Shown: one piece after another, positions 23,349-41,681 of the stretch | Numbering within the stretch: the first letter of the stretch is position 1 | Layout: each line of letters opens with the position of its first letter | Origin: Anthoceros angustus | Lineage: Eukaryota; Plantae; Anthocerotophyta | Direction: 5' to 3' | Length of the DNA stretch: 64,000 nt | Assembly (NCBI GenBank): GCA_010909165.1 | Contig: VJWM01000118.1 | Coordinates: forward strand, 682,001-746,000 | Notes under the pieces: generated by a model | Told to the model about the DNA's origin: nothing | The model's database searches: none | The model's input: the letters and a program-made list of their open reading frames with translations, nothing else | Position numbers and translations under genes: made by a program

Positions 23349-23831
23349 ATGGCGATCAGGAGGACCGCGATTGTGGGCGCCGTGGTGTTGTGGGCAGCCA
23401 TGGCCCTGCCCTGGGCCGCGCAAGGCTACGACCGGTTCCTGGCCAGCCCGTTCCTGCACAGAGTCGCCGACGGCGTGGTCCTGAGCAGCAAGGACCCCGA
23501 CGGCAGCACCTACACCCTGCAGCTCCAGTCCGACTGCAATCTGTGCGCCACCAAGAGCTCGGACGGGAGCACGCCCTACTGGTGCTGGACGTTCTCTCAG
23601 TCTGCCATCCTGAAACCCTGCGGCGGCCTCTTCTTCACCACCGACGGCAACCTGAAAGTGGTGTACGAGGATGGGTCCGTGGCATGGACCACGGGGTCTG
23701 CGCAGCCCGGTCGAGAACAGCCCTGGATCTTCAGGCTGGTTCCCAGCGGCGCCTTCGGGATCTACTCGCTCATGGACTCGTCTGCTGTGTGGAGCCGCAA
23801 GTATCAGGGCCCTGGCGCAAGTTCTGGCTGA
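23349..23831 (+). CDS. Secreted bulb-type (GNA/curculin-like) lectin-domain protein, 160 aa, intronless
   Basis: Signal-peptide-like start MAIRRTAIVGAVVLWAAMALPWAAQG, then LQLQSDCNL, TTDGNLKVVY and GSVAWTT, typical of B-lectin subdomains. Uninterrupted ORF with strong G/C third positions. Confidence 0.75.
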   Translation: MAIRRTAIVGAVVLWAAMALPWAAQGYDRFLASPFLHRVADGVVLSSKDPDGSTYTLQLQSDCNLCATKSSDGSTPYWCWTFSQSAILKPCGGLFFTTDGNLKVVYEDGSVAWTTGSAQPGREQPWIFRLVPSGAFGIYSLMDSSAVWSRKYQGPGASSG

Positions 23832-24199
23832 TTTTGTCCCGGTTTGAGTAGTTAAAATAATTTAAGTGGTCCGACCACTTAGCATCGTGCATGTTCTAAT
23901 TAGCACACACCCTTAAAATAATATAAGCGGTTTAAAACTTTCTATGGTCCACCTTGACCACTTACTATCGGCCGCGTTCTCTATTTTGATTAGCACATAC
24001 ATCAAAATAAAATGAGTGGTTGATGAAATCTTGGTGGTTATTACATTCTTATCACTCATAGTTCTCTTTGTTTCCATTTGATAAAAAAAATATAAGTTAT
24101 CACCATCCACCACATTCTCTCTTTTGATTGGCGCATACTAAAATAATTTAAGTGGTATGAGAATTCTAAAGTCAGTTCAGCCCGTATTCTAACGTGACT

Positions 24200-24321
24200 T
24201 TTGCTGGATGTGGCAAGAACTTTTCCTTGGAGGTGCCTAGCAGTGTTGGTCGGTGTATACTTTGCTGGATGTGGCAAGAACTTTTCCTTGGAGGTGCCTA
24301 GCAGTGTTGGTCGGTGTATAC
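24200..24321. repeat. Perfect 61 bp tandem duplication
   Basis: TTTGCTGGATGTGGCAAGAAC...GGTCGGTGTATAC at 24200-24260 and 24261-24321. Confidence 0.95.
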
Positions 24322-24395
24322 GTAGTGAGGAAATGAGGTGCTAAGAAGTTTTGGTGGTCTTGAAATGAAATAGATGCCTAGGGAATTAGAAGCTT

Positions 24396-24985
24396 GGGTT
24401 TCCTTTAAGGCAAAGCATCCAATGTGTGTGTCATGTGAGTTGCGTAGCTGCAGCAACGGGGGGTTTAAAGGTAGAGCATTCCTTCCGTACACCAAGAGAG
24501 TTGTGCAACAAGGCTTTCCTTTAAGGCAGAGCATTCAATGAGCGTGTAGTGAGAGTTGTAAAACAAAGGTTTTCTTTAAGGCAAAGCATTTAGTGTACAC
24601 CAAGAGGGTTGTGCAACAAGGCTTTCCTTTAAGGGAGAGCATTCAATGAGCGTGTAGTGATTGTTGTAAAACAAAGGTTTCCTTTAAGGCACAGCATTCA
24701 AGTGTGAGGGTAGTGTAACAAGGTTTGCTTTAAGGCAGAAGATTCAATGCATGTGTAGTGAAGGTTGTGCAACAAGGGGTTCCTTTAAGGCAAAGCATGT
24801 CATGATAATTGTGCAACGAGGGTAACCTGTGAGACAAAACGTTCAATGCGTAGGTTTCCTTGGTAAGCCAGAGCATTCCATGTGTAATGAGAGTTGTGGA
24901 ACGAGGCTTTCCTAGGTAAGCCAGACCATTTCCTGTGTAGTGAGAGTTTTGTAACGAGGGTTTCCTTGGTAAGACAGAGCCTTTC
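24396..24985. repeat. ~50 bp minisatellite, about 12 diverged units
   Basis: Core GG(T/C)TTCCTTTAAGGCA.AGCATT...GTTGT(G/A)(C/A)AAC(A/G)A recurs. Units 2-3 and 4-5 form a repeated dimer. Confidence 0.85.
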
Positions 24986-25312
24986 CGTGTGTCACAGCCT
25001 GCTACAGTCCTAGGGAACCACCCGGAATACCAACGACGTGGCGAAATCTCCTCATCACCGGCTTTTTTTAATCCGGACAGTGTGGCAGTCCCTTACATAT
25101 TTTTCTTCCTCCTCCAGGCCCGGGTTGCGGCCAAAAGTCTGCCACACTGTGCACTTCTCGGAGTGGGCCGAGCATATCGCGATACTCTGATATTCAATCC
25201 AAAATTAGGATCAGATTCCCCACCCCTGCAGCTGCAGAGATGGCATTGCGTTGGGAGAGTGCACTTGTCATGTTGTTTTAAATTGTAAATTGGACTGCAT
25301 GGTTATCAACTT

Positions 25313-25386
25313 GTCTGGATGGTGTAGTTGGTTATCACGCTAGTCTCACACACTAGAGGTCCCCAGTTCGAACCTGGGTTCAGACA
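25313..25386 (+). tRNA. tRNA-Val-CAC: tRNA-Val (anticodon CAC), nuclear plant type
   Basis: Cloverleaf: acceptor GTCTGGA/TTCAGAC, anticodon arm CTAGT-CTCACAC-ACTAG, T arm CCCAG-TTCGAAC-CTGGG. CAA lies just upstream and T-runs downstream. Confidence 0.96.
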
Positions 25387-25393
25387 TTTAAGG

Positions 25394-25408
25394 TTTTTAA
25401 AATTTTTT
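25394..25408 (+). terminator. Pol III oligo-T terminator of tRNA-Val
   Basis: T5 at 25394-25398 and T6 at 25403-25408. Confidence 0.7.
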
Positions 25409-26251
25409 AGTTTTCTCCTGCGATGCAAAGAGGTCAAACTGGAAAATCCATATCCATTTCTGCTATCCAGGCGATATACTCGAACGTGTTCGGCCGTTGC
25501 TGGGTCGCATATTTTCCTACTTCACGGGAGTGGGGCTCTCGATCACGCCACCATCGAGCCAGAAGGGGAAGGTATGGATCGGAGACCCCGTTGGCATCTA
25601 CGATAAAAACTGGTCATCGGCTGATGAGACCTCCTTTCGTATCAATATAGATAAATTTACAAAAATTTCTTGCAAGAGGCAAGGGTCTATGAACTAGTGC
25701 GTTCATGAGCAAGTGGCTCCAAGGATTGCATGAAAAGCAGATACTCATGGCTAAGAACTGCCCTTGCTCGTGGAGGAGCTCTGGAGGAGTCCTCTTCCAA
25801 ATAAAACTCATCCGTGGCATCGTGCACATATCCTTTCCTGGTCAAGGCGAAGTACAGAACTCTCAAAATTGCTCAGCAGCACGAGGCGAGGCACCCGGAC
25901 GGCCACAATCATCCATTTGCTTCCAAGGAATCAAGACGAATACTTCAACGTTGATCAGCTATGAGGCAATACACACTGTTCCCCCGTCACATCCTGTTGA
26001 CAGACGAGATCACAGGAAGAACGGCCTCCCCCGCCCGCATAATCCCATCTGTCGATCAAGGCCTCAATATGAAGCCGTTCTAATCAATAAGCCCTAACGC
26101 TAAGGACAGGGAAACCACCCCTCCAAGATAGTTTCCACCGGCCGCCCTGTCCTTATGTGGTGGAAAGGCTCAGCTTGCGTCTTCTCGTCTCCCCATGATC
26201 CAACGAGGAGGAACAGCAAGAATCAGCACGAGGGACAACAATTGAGGTCAG

Positions 26252-28338
26252 CTAGAAGATTTTCTGGAAAAATCTTTTAACAGCTCGCCAATAAGGTCGT
26301 ATCCAGTCACTGTAATCCTCGTACTTGATCGTGGCCCACTCCAGGAGTTCTCCAGACTTGGTTTCTACAAACACTTTGGAATCTGTAGCTGCCTGGCCAC
26401 TTCTGACGTATAGTTGGAGGTCACCCGTCTTACTCTGAGCAAGATCCTTGAGCCCTTTGAGCTCTTCGACTCTTGACCGTGCATAGACAGTGACTTTTGT
26501 GGGAAGTTCCCCACTCCTAGCATCTCGGTACAGCTGCACCCCCAAATAAATCACTGCGCTTGAGTATGGAGAGACTCTTGCAAAAGACCCCTTGACAAGT
26601 CCGACCGCATGGATAGATGCCCTGATGAGTAACCCCGTGCCAACCGGGCCTAATATCCACAGAGGGAGGAGATCCCGTGAAACCACAACGCCAAAGACGA
26701 GGGTAATAAGCAAATATAGAGGGAAGCTGCAGAAAATAATACAACCACACATTAGGAACAGCAACATTCATCGGCAGGGGGATACAGATTAATCCGAGAC
26801 CATAAACATCAGGAAGGACAGCAATGAAAGGCACTCGAAACTACTACAGCCAGACAATACTCCAGGTTGTTAACACAGGCGAATGAGCTATATGACTGCA
26901 CACTCAGAAGCATACTACTCTCATTCTCTGGCAATAAATAGGCACGGTCCCCAGAGGTAGCTTACAATATTGCAATGGGCCATTTCACCCACGGCTCACT
27001 TGACTGCCACAACGCTGCTCCATCAGATACCAGAGTAGATTGCTCAAGCTGCAATACCACCTCTTTGACATCCAGCTTTTCAGCTCTCTCCTTCGTCTCC
27101 TGCAACAAATCCTTGGTGATTTGCAAAAGACCCCGCTCCTTCAAACTGCTGAGACCTTCTTGGAAAGAATGTTTTGTAACCGACAATAACTGTCTCAAAT
27201 CATCCCTTCCCCGCCACCGAGGTGCGAACTCTATCGACTGCATAGACGGCCCAGCTGCCTCGCTATTCTCAGAATCATTATCTGCAGTCACAGTCTGGAA
27301 ACACAACGCCTGGCAAGCCTCGAAGCTCCTACCACAACCAGACCCACATTTGACAGGACCACGCCTGCAACCAAGAGCACAACCAGTCGGTCAGACCTTC
27401 CATCACCTACCATCCCAACCACCTTCTCATCATCATCACCATCACCAACGTACCTCAACCGTGCAAACCTCCAGTGCCACGGTCTTAACCTCAAGCAACT
27501 CGCATACGACTGCCCAACGCATACAGACCCTTTCTCGGCGGGCCCCCGAGTACAAGATCCATGGCCGCACTGTAGCCAACCAGCACAAACCACAACACTC
27601 TATCAAATTCCACACTCCAGCAGCAGCAACCCTAGGAACACGAAACCCGCCATCCTCACCACAGTCTGAAGAGCTGAAGCCGTCATCTTCACCCACCAGC
27701 AGTTGCGACCGCTTCACAGGTCATCCATCACCTGCAAAACCGGCACATCCTCCAATCTCAAATTCCACCACAAACCCCCCAAACCCAACACCCCGCGACG
27801 CTCCCCACACGCGCAACACCACGAACCTCAAACACCGCCCGAGCTCCGCTCCGCTCCGCCTCAGTCACCATACACAGCCACAAATCTCCGGCATGCCTCC
27901 TCCCTTCCTCCCGCAATTCCCAAACCCCAAACCCTACCCGGGAATCCGATTCCAGCCCCGAGATCGGATCCCTGTGCCCCCACCCGGACCTCGAAATCCA
28001 CACCGCTCCCCTCAAGCCTCCGGCAACGCGCCAGCTCCCGGATGCCGAGGCCAGTGCACCGGCGAGACACGAATCACACCCAGCTTCTCCCGCCCGTTTC
28101 TCGGGGTCCCAGAGCACAGCGCCTTCGGAGACGGAGCAGATCCAGGCCACGCCACGGGAACTCAGCTTCACACTGGAGAGAGGAATCGGCGCCGCGATGG
28201 GTCAGGGAAATTGCGTGAAGCAGAGCACGCAGATAGGCAGGCGCAGGACACACGTCCAGCGTGGGCGGCAACCAGGCTGCTGCCACCGCTCCTCTACCTG
28301 CTGCCGAAGCCGCAAGCGCCGGCGTGGATGCCTTCCAT
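26252..28338 (-). CDS. EMB2759: EMB2759-like conserved plant membrane protein, multi-exon; the 5' exons are tentative
   Basis: FPLYLLITLVFGVVVSRDLLPLWILGP and ELLEWATIKYEDYSDWIRPYWRAVKRF match the family C-terminal motifs as I recall them. The proposed ATG at 28338 splices in frame (MEGIHAGACGFGSS-VKLSSRG). Confidence 0.65.
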
Positions 28339-29422
28339 TGGGGCCTGCCCGAGAACGGGATAATACTGCCACCGGCGATGCCCGGTTGCCGGTCACTCTG
28401 GCTGAGGCGTAATGCACAGTAGTGGAATCAAGAGGCGAGGAATCGCGCTACTACGTACCCTCTCGAGCGAGTCCCGCCATACAGATTCCAGATCCTGGTG
28501 AAACGGAATACGCTGCTCTCGACTGTGGACTGTGCCGGTGTAGGCTGTGCGGATTTTCCCTTATCTTCCAGGACACAACCAAGCAGGAGCTTGGTTGTGC
28601 TTGGACGCAGCAGGAATACATTCGCGAAACTAGGAATACATTCGCGAACAAGCGACTTGCATTTCTTCATAAGCAAAACCAGTATGCGATCAACGTCTGG
28701 CCGACGCAAGAAACCATATCGGAGCAAGAGATGGGAAACGTGATCTGGAGAGGCGAATTCAAAATCTGATCCAGCCGAATTCCGACACTTTCTACATACT
28801 CTCCTCGGTTCTTGCGCTCCTCTTTGACTCATTCTTTGAAGAAGGCCTAACATCGAGATGACGACAAGATAAATGCAATTCTACTAAACAATATCTGGTA
28901 TCCAAATGCGGCTGATCACCATCGGATCCTCACAGACATGAGTTTGCCCTTGGCAAGACGGTCATCTGCGTCACCACGCGCCAGGAGGTACTAGCCCAGA
29001 CTTCGGTCGTCAAGTCCTGGCGCAAGAAATGCATCACATTTTCAGTGTCTAGGATCGCCCTATTTAACAGTTCCATCGCTCCAGTACTGCCGCATTCGAC
29101 CACACCAAACGTGAGTACCCTGCCAGGGGGAACAACTTGACCGAAAACAAACCCCTGAGTTTGCATCAGGAACGACTTACCAGAAGGGAGGTCGCGCAAT
29201 GCTTTGCCTCCTACGTCTGCACAGTGAGGAGGTGAAAGAATTATAATTCCGAGAGTGGCTTGAATCTGCAAATAAGACTGCAAGTCATGAGTCTTCTGGT
29301 TAAGAGAGAGAGCACAATAATACAATGGCAGTCTGGAATATTAGTTTACCTTGTAAGGTGGTTTTGAACGGAACAGTGCAATGCAATTGGACCTTCGCAG
29401 TCTGGATCGATCTTCAGCTGAA

Positions 29423-36312
<6,890 letters not shown>

Positions 36313-36833
36313 CGCAGCTCGTTTTCTGCCCCGCTTGCTTCCAGCTCGCGTAAGGTCCTTAGACAAGTCTGATCAAGCTCCGCCTCATTCATACATTCCT
36401 CTGAAATCCCCTTCACAAATATGTAGATTTGCGGCAGTTAGCGAGCCACAGAGTTCCGTTGTTTGAGCAAACTTTGTAAATTTATAGCTGTTCATCCTTC
36501 CTTTCCGGGTACCTAGTTCGCTCAAGGGTGGCGACAGTTGAAAACATAATAAAACATATATATTAAAAAAATTATGCCTCACCAACTCAAAATGGGGGAT
36601 TTGTTCTTCTAGGGTTAATCTTCTTCTCTGCTTACATCATATTTTTTCGGAGGGCTTGGTATTTGTGTCGTTACAAAGGGACGACAAATACACGTCGAAA
36701 CCGGGGTTCGAGAGAAAAATTAGACTGCGCGACAGGTCTAATGCTGGATCTACATGAATTCAAACGCAGATGGCGAAGACCTTGGCGATATCACGATGGG
36801 CTATAGACCGATGTTGATACCATTATCGTAACG

Positions 36834-37200
36834 TGTAATAGACAGAATATATGTGTTACATATATAGATGTTATGTTGTGGATAAAGCTTAGTTAGTTAG
36901 GGTTACTGAAAGCTCGTTAGGGGTATATGTATAAAGAGAACTCATAACTCAATTTTGTATCCAACCATTATTATTGCAAATTCTTCTAAGTAGTACGCTC
37001 CTCGCTAAATGAACATGGTATCAGAGTAGGAATTGGTTGTTTTCAAGACATCGTGACCATGCCAAGACAGGGCCGTCCTAGTAGAGGTCCTCATCAAAGC
37101 AGCGGAAGCGGGGGAAGGGGAGGACAACCTCCGCCCTTACCCCAATACTTGTTTGTTGAAACAATTTTTTATTTCTATGAAGAGGATTACCCCTATCCCT
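36834..37200 (+). mobile_element. LTR end, primer-binding site and start of gag from a truncated LTR retrotransposon
   Basis: ...GAACA is followed immediately by TGGTATCAGAG (tRNA-iMet PBS, 37016-37026), then a short ORF MPRQGRPSRG. The LTR start is uncertain. Confidence 0.55.
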
Positions 37201-38139
37201 ATCTCTAGGTAGGGAATTTTTCGGACAAGCCCCGGGATTAGCAAAGTTCAAGATGTCATTTGCATCCCTGTCCTCATCATGCCCGCCTGATACCTCTTCA
37301 TCCGAGTGACCTAGCACGTCTGTATTTGGTCCATCTTACTTATCTAATGGTCCAAGTTCACTATCTGCATGCTGCTTCCGAGGGCAGCAGGATGCAGAAA
37401 GTGAACTTGGGGCATCATCTTGATCTTTGTGAAGCTAGTCTCTCACTCACCTCAAAGACATTTCTCACGTATGTTGCACAACAAACTCCATAACGTTTAC
37501 ACATATAAACCTTATCAGTGCTTACCCTACTTGAGGTGGCTAGAAAAGAACCAACATGAGTCGAACCACATATGTTAGTTGATTAAAAATAGAAACAAGA
37601 TGAGCCTGGAATTTCCAAGTGCAAGACCCGTAGTGCTTGCAGTCGGCTGCCGCATAGCTTCCTGGAATATCTCAATAAAACCTGGAGGACCACATTTTTT
37701 CCAATGCTAAGCTCATATGCTTTATACATTTCTGAGTCTTGGATCACAGCGTCAAACTCTTGAGGCCTTGTTGTGCAAAATACACGGAACACAGGATCTA
37801 CTTCCTCCATATTGAGAGTGGCCCAAATCACCCAGCCAGCCCTTGTTCTTTGGTTAGGCTGTGGCCCCCTAAAACCCATGATTCATAGTTTCAACAGTGG
37901 TGTCCAGAACATGTTTCCATCATCTGTCTCTACATCCTGTGTAAGCATCCTGTCTTTTTCCAGCACAACAATAGGATGCAGCTAACCATTCAGACGTTAG
38001 ATGATCACATTCTCCTCGTAGGTGAAGGGTGAAGAAATTGGCATTGCCACTGACTGCTTTTTGAGTTTCACTGCCTTTTCCACTCCTACTCCCTCTCTAT
38101 CCATTCTTGTGCTAGCCTTGGTCGACATCAAGCTACCCC

Positions 38140-38680
38140 CACTACAAGAATAGAGGTGCATTTACAAGCTTCAAAACCAAGCCATAGGCTCAAATTGGGC
38201 CGAAACAAGTTTTACAACGGGCTCATGTGGAATTGTTTTGGCTAAAAACCCCAAACGACTATTATAACTCGGCTATACCTTGTTACAACGATGACTATAT
38301 CCTTTGAGAGGTTCAGTTTTTGTTTTGTTATATTATTCCTATATTCCGTTGTACTTTTGTGTTGTTATTGCTCTTCGGGGTGTCTGTTGTTATGGTTGAA
38401 GCCCATTTTACCACAAGATTGTTTTCCAGCCTTGTACCCAGTGCTGTAAATCACGTTTGTTGTAAGTACGTGCACATAATTTATAATGACTTTTTCTACA
38501 AAAGTAAATTACCGGAAAAATACTTTGTACATCTCGTTGTAAATGCTCAAGTCCGGTCCGCTGTTGTAAACCATGCATATTATTTTACAGCCAAAATTCA
38601 AGGAATATATTTTCAACATAAATACCCTACATTGTAAGCGGGATGGTGCTGTAAAAACTATGGGCTGACTTATTGTAGTT
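38140..38680. mobile_element. Degenerate non-autonomous CACTA (En/Spm) element
   Basis: Left end CACTACAAGAA; right end TTATTGTAGTT has 2 mismatches to the inverse. TTTACAA-type and TTGTAAA-type subterminal repeats occur in both orientations. No intact 3 bp TSD. Confidence 0.5.
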
Positions 38681-39116
38681 TTTTTTAGAATAAATAATTA
38701 GATATAAATGGGTTTTAACTGGATTTGCTTTGAATATGCCATAGGTCTACTTGTAAGTAAGGATTAACATTTGACAAGTGATTTTTCGTTGTTCGTTTAG
38801 GTCATACATGGTTAGCCTAACTACCTAGTCTGTTGGTCACCTACCTAAGCATGCCCTAAGTTGCTAGGGTTATGTCTTTATCCTTTAACCCGTCTGCTCT
38901 ACGGGTCTTGTGGCTCAGAATGTCCATCGACCCACCATGGTCGCCTCGTCCTTCACGATTGCTCGCTGTAAAATAGTCTATAATAGCTTGATTAAAAATA
39001 GAAGTTAGGTTTTACAGAGTGAATGTATGTGTGCCAGCAGATGCTGAATATTGTGACAATGGCACAAGAGGATATGGGGAGAAGTGTAGCCAAGTTATCT
39101 TGCAATGTAGATTTCT

Positions 39117-39168
39117 AAATATGTTAGAAGTAGTGTGGTGCAAAATATGTTAGAAGTAGTGTGGTGCA
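39117..39168. repeat. Perfect 26 bp tandem duplication
   Basis: AAATATGTTAGAAGTAGTGTGGTGCA twice. Confidence 0.9.
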
Positions 39169-41681
39169 GGTTTGTCTTATTGTGATTCAAAGTGCTGATG
39201 TGTTGTTATAATGGTGTGATAATTTTAAGCAAAAGAGGAGTCATGACCCTACTTCTCCCTATCAGTGTTGTTATCTTGTTTATTGTCAGTAGCAGCGTTG
39301 GGTGGGCCAATCACTTATGAGTGGTCGTTTCATCTAATTGTGTTGTATAAGAAGGTGTGAAAAAGTAGATATATATGTTCTCTTGTTCCTTGAGTATGTA
39401 ATGAAGGCTGTTCATCAACTATCCTCAGCATCCGTATACCTTATGAGTCTCTACCCCAAAATATGGGTTGTGAACTCGTTGTTGAATTGAGAAAGGAAGA
39501 TGAGCTTGACGATCTCACGTGTTCGTGAAAGTGTGATCGTATTTCGTTGAACAAGTTTGTAAGTAAAAATCGCATCCTATTGATCAATTGATTGAAGAAT
39601 TTTCAAAGTTTGAAGAATTTATTTTATACTGCAGCTCCAAGGTGTCCCCTGGAAATGGAGCAAATAATAATCACTACATCACCGAAGTCGATAGGAAGAA
39701 GAAGAAGAATTTTATTTAAGTCCACTAAGGACGGATTTCCGTCATGGGACTTGGTACTTAACAACTTGTACCATGGTGTGCCTAAGCTACTTGCACCAAG
39801 GGCACCCACTCCCTTTAGGCACCCCATCTAAGTATCGATCTAAGCTGAGGATGCTTAATCATAGCGTTCTTATAAATGTGTGTCCATTTGGCCTAAGGGA
39901 TAGAGATCTGCTCGATAAAGAGTTCATTTGTAACTACTAAAAATAATAAGACCCCGGGATTTTATCTCGAGCTTGAGACCACTCCACATACATACACTCT
40001 TCAACATACAAGTTTGGGCTTTTCTTCTTTAGTATTTTTTGATGACGGCGACCCGGGTACGAGGCCTGTGCGAAACCATCTGTGACGAGACGGTGGCATT
40101 TTCGCTAATATTGGTAAAACGTGTGGGATACATTATGGATTGGTTTCGAGGGGATGGAAGGTATCCCCCGCATTGCCCCGTACTGTAGTGTTATAGCAGC
40201 GGAGAAATAGGGCCAACAGTGAAACGTGGGTCCGGCTGGCCAGCCTTGGCCTCCACCTGGCGAAACAGGGCGCAACAGCCATGTACGGCGGCGCGAACCG
40301 ACGCAAAAAAGGATTCCCTCCTGACCGTTGGGCGAAACCGGCGATACTCGCTTCCCTTCCCGCCCGACGCGTTCATTTGTATTCCGAACGAGCGACGAAG
40401 TAGCACAGCGTCATGCGCAGATCTGTCGGATGCTAAAATTGGAGATGGTGGCCGCGCTGGTGCGCAGACGCTCTTGATTTTGGCGCCATCGGATTCGTCG
40501 GCTCGATGCGATTCCAGCGGTATGTTGATGTGTGCGCATGGGGATCGCATCCGGGCTGTGGTGGAGAATGCATTTCCGTCAGAGCTCTAGCTGGAGATCA
40601 GCTGCTGGAGCGGCGCCCGGCTGCGTGCTTCCCGCAATAGGGCCTGGCAGGTGCAGGGCATCACTGAAATAGCTTGCATGCGGTGCAGGGGAGCGGAATG
40701 TCACCAGATCTGGGTTGTGGGACGCGTTGGGAGAGGAGGCTGATCGGGGCGCACATGTGGGGCGCGGGAAGCAGGGTTTTGCATGCGCCCTGGTGCCGGA
40801 TGACTGGCTCAGGGAGGGGATCAGGAGGGAGTTGAGGTGGCCGCAAATGCCGCATGCCTGCTTGTGACATTGTTGGCGGGAGGGGTTGCCTTTGGCGCTG
40901 GCAGGAGCCGAGGCCGAGGCCGAGGCCGAGGCCAATCCTCTTGGTTTGTGACCTAACCGCGGGGCGGATTGGGGAGAGGGGAGCTGTCGGCTGCCCCTGC
41001 TACAGTGCAGCACTGTTGCTTCGAGCCCCGCTCTGTTCGCTGGCGAAAAACTGTGGCGATGCATATTCAGCAGGTGAAGGTCTGGATCTCGTAATTGGCA
41101 GTGGCGTGCAAGAGCGGTTCAGTGGATCACTGCCGCACAATTTTGTCAAGTTTAGGGGAGGAGGCCCCAGCTTGGTGTGCTGAGACGTTGCAATTCTGAG
41201 ATCCGGCCTACGTGACTGTGTTATCCCACTGTTTGGCCACTGGAAGCGCATACCGTCCTCACCCAGTCTGCCGGCGTCCTGGAACGCTGATGTCGTGGAG
41301 CTGAATTGACCAAATCCTTGACCGAAAAGCATCAGTTGGAGAACGCGGACTGTTTGTGGTGCTGTTCTGCGGGATTTTGTGTTCGCTTCAGCCTAAGTGC
41401 TGCTGCTGGATCGCGCAGGTCCACTTCTGCTTTTCTCGCATCCAGGTTGCTCGCTGGTCGCTGCCAAAGTGCGGTTCTAGCCTGTGGAACATCGGAGCTT
41501 GATAATACATTCCTTGTTGATTTGCTCATCGAATTCAGACGGACCTCCGGAGTATGTAGTCAGGGCTTTTCAGTTCGAAACGCATTGGACTCTTCTCCGT
41601 CTCCTTCTCTTTTGGCAGGACGTTTGAGATGTTCATCTGAAGTATGGACCTGCCCCTTTCGGATTCCCAGACCTTTGTGCA

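Noticed and set aside
24396-24985. CRISPR-like look of regularly spaced conserved cores
   Set aside because: The 'spacers' are homologous to each other, the cores are degenerate, there are no cas genes and the context is eukaryotic. It is a minisatellite.
26975-28363. 462 aa plus-strand ORF
   Set aside because: Pro/Ser/His-rich antisense shadow of the EMB2759-like gene; no recognisable domain.
28400-29330. Several 115-141 aa ORFs between the EMB2759-like start and the NRPC1 stop
   Set aside because: No recognisable motifs or consistent splice model on either strand. Probably UTR or promoter, though a small gene cannot be excluded.
37200-38130. 79-98 aa minus-strand ORFs after the LTR remnant
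   Set aside because: Multiple stops and no assignable motif.
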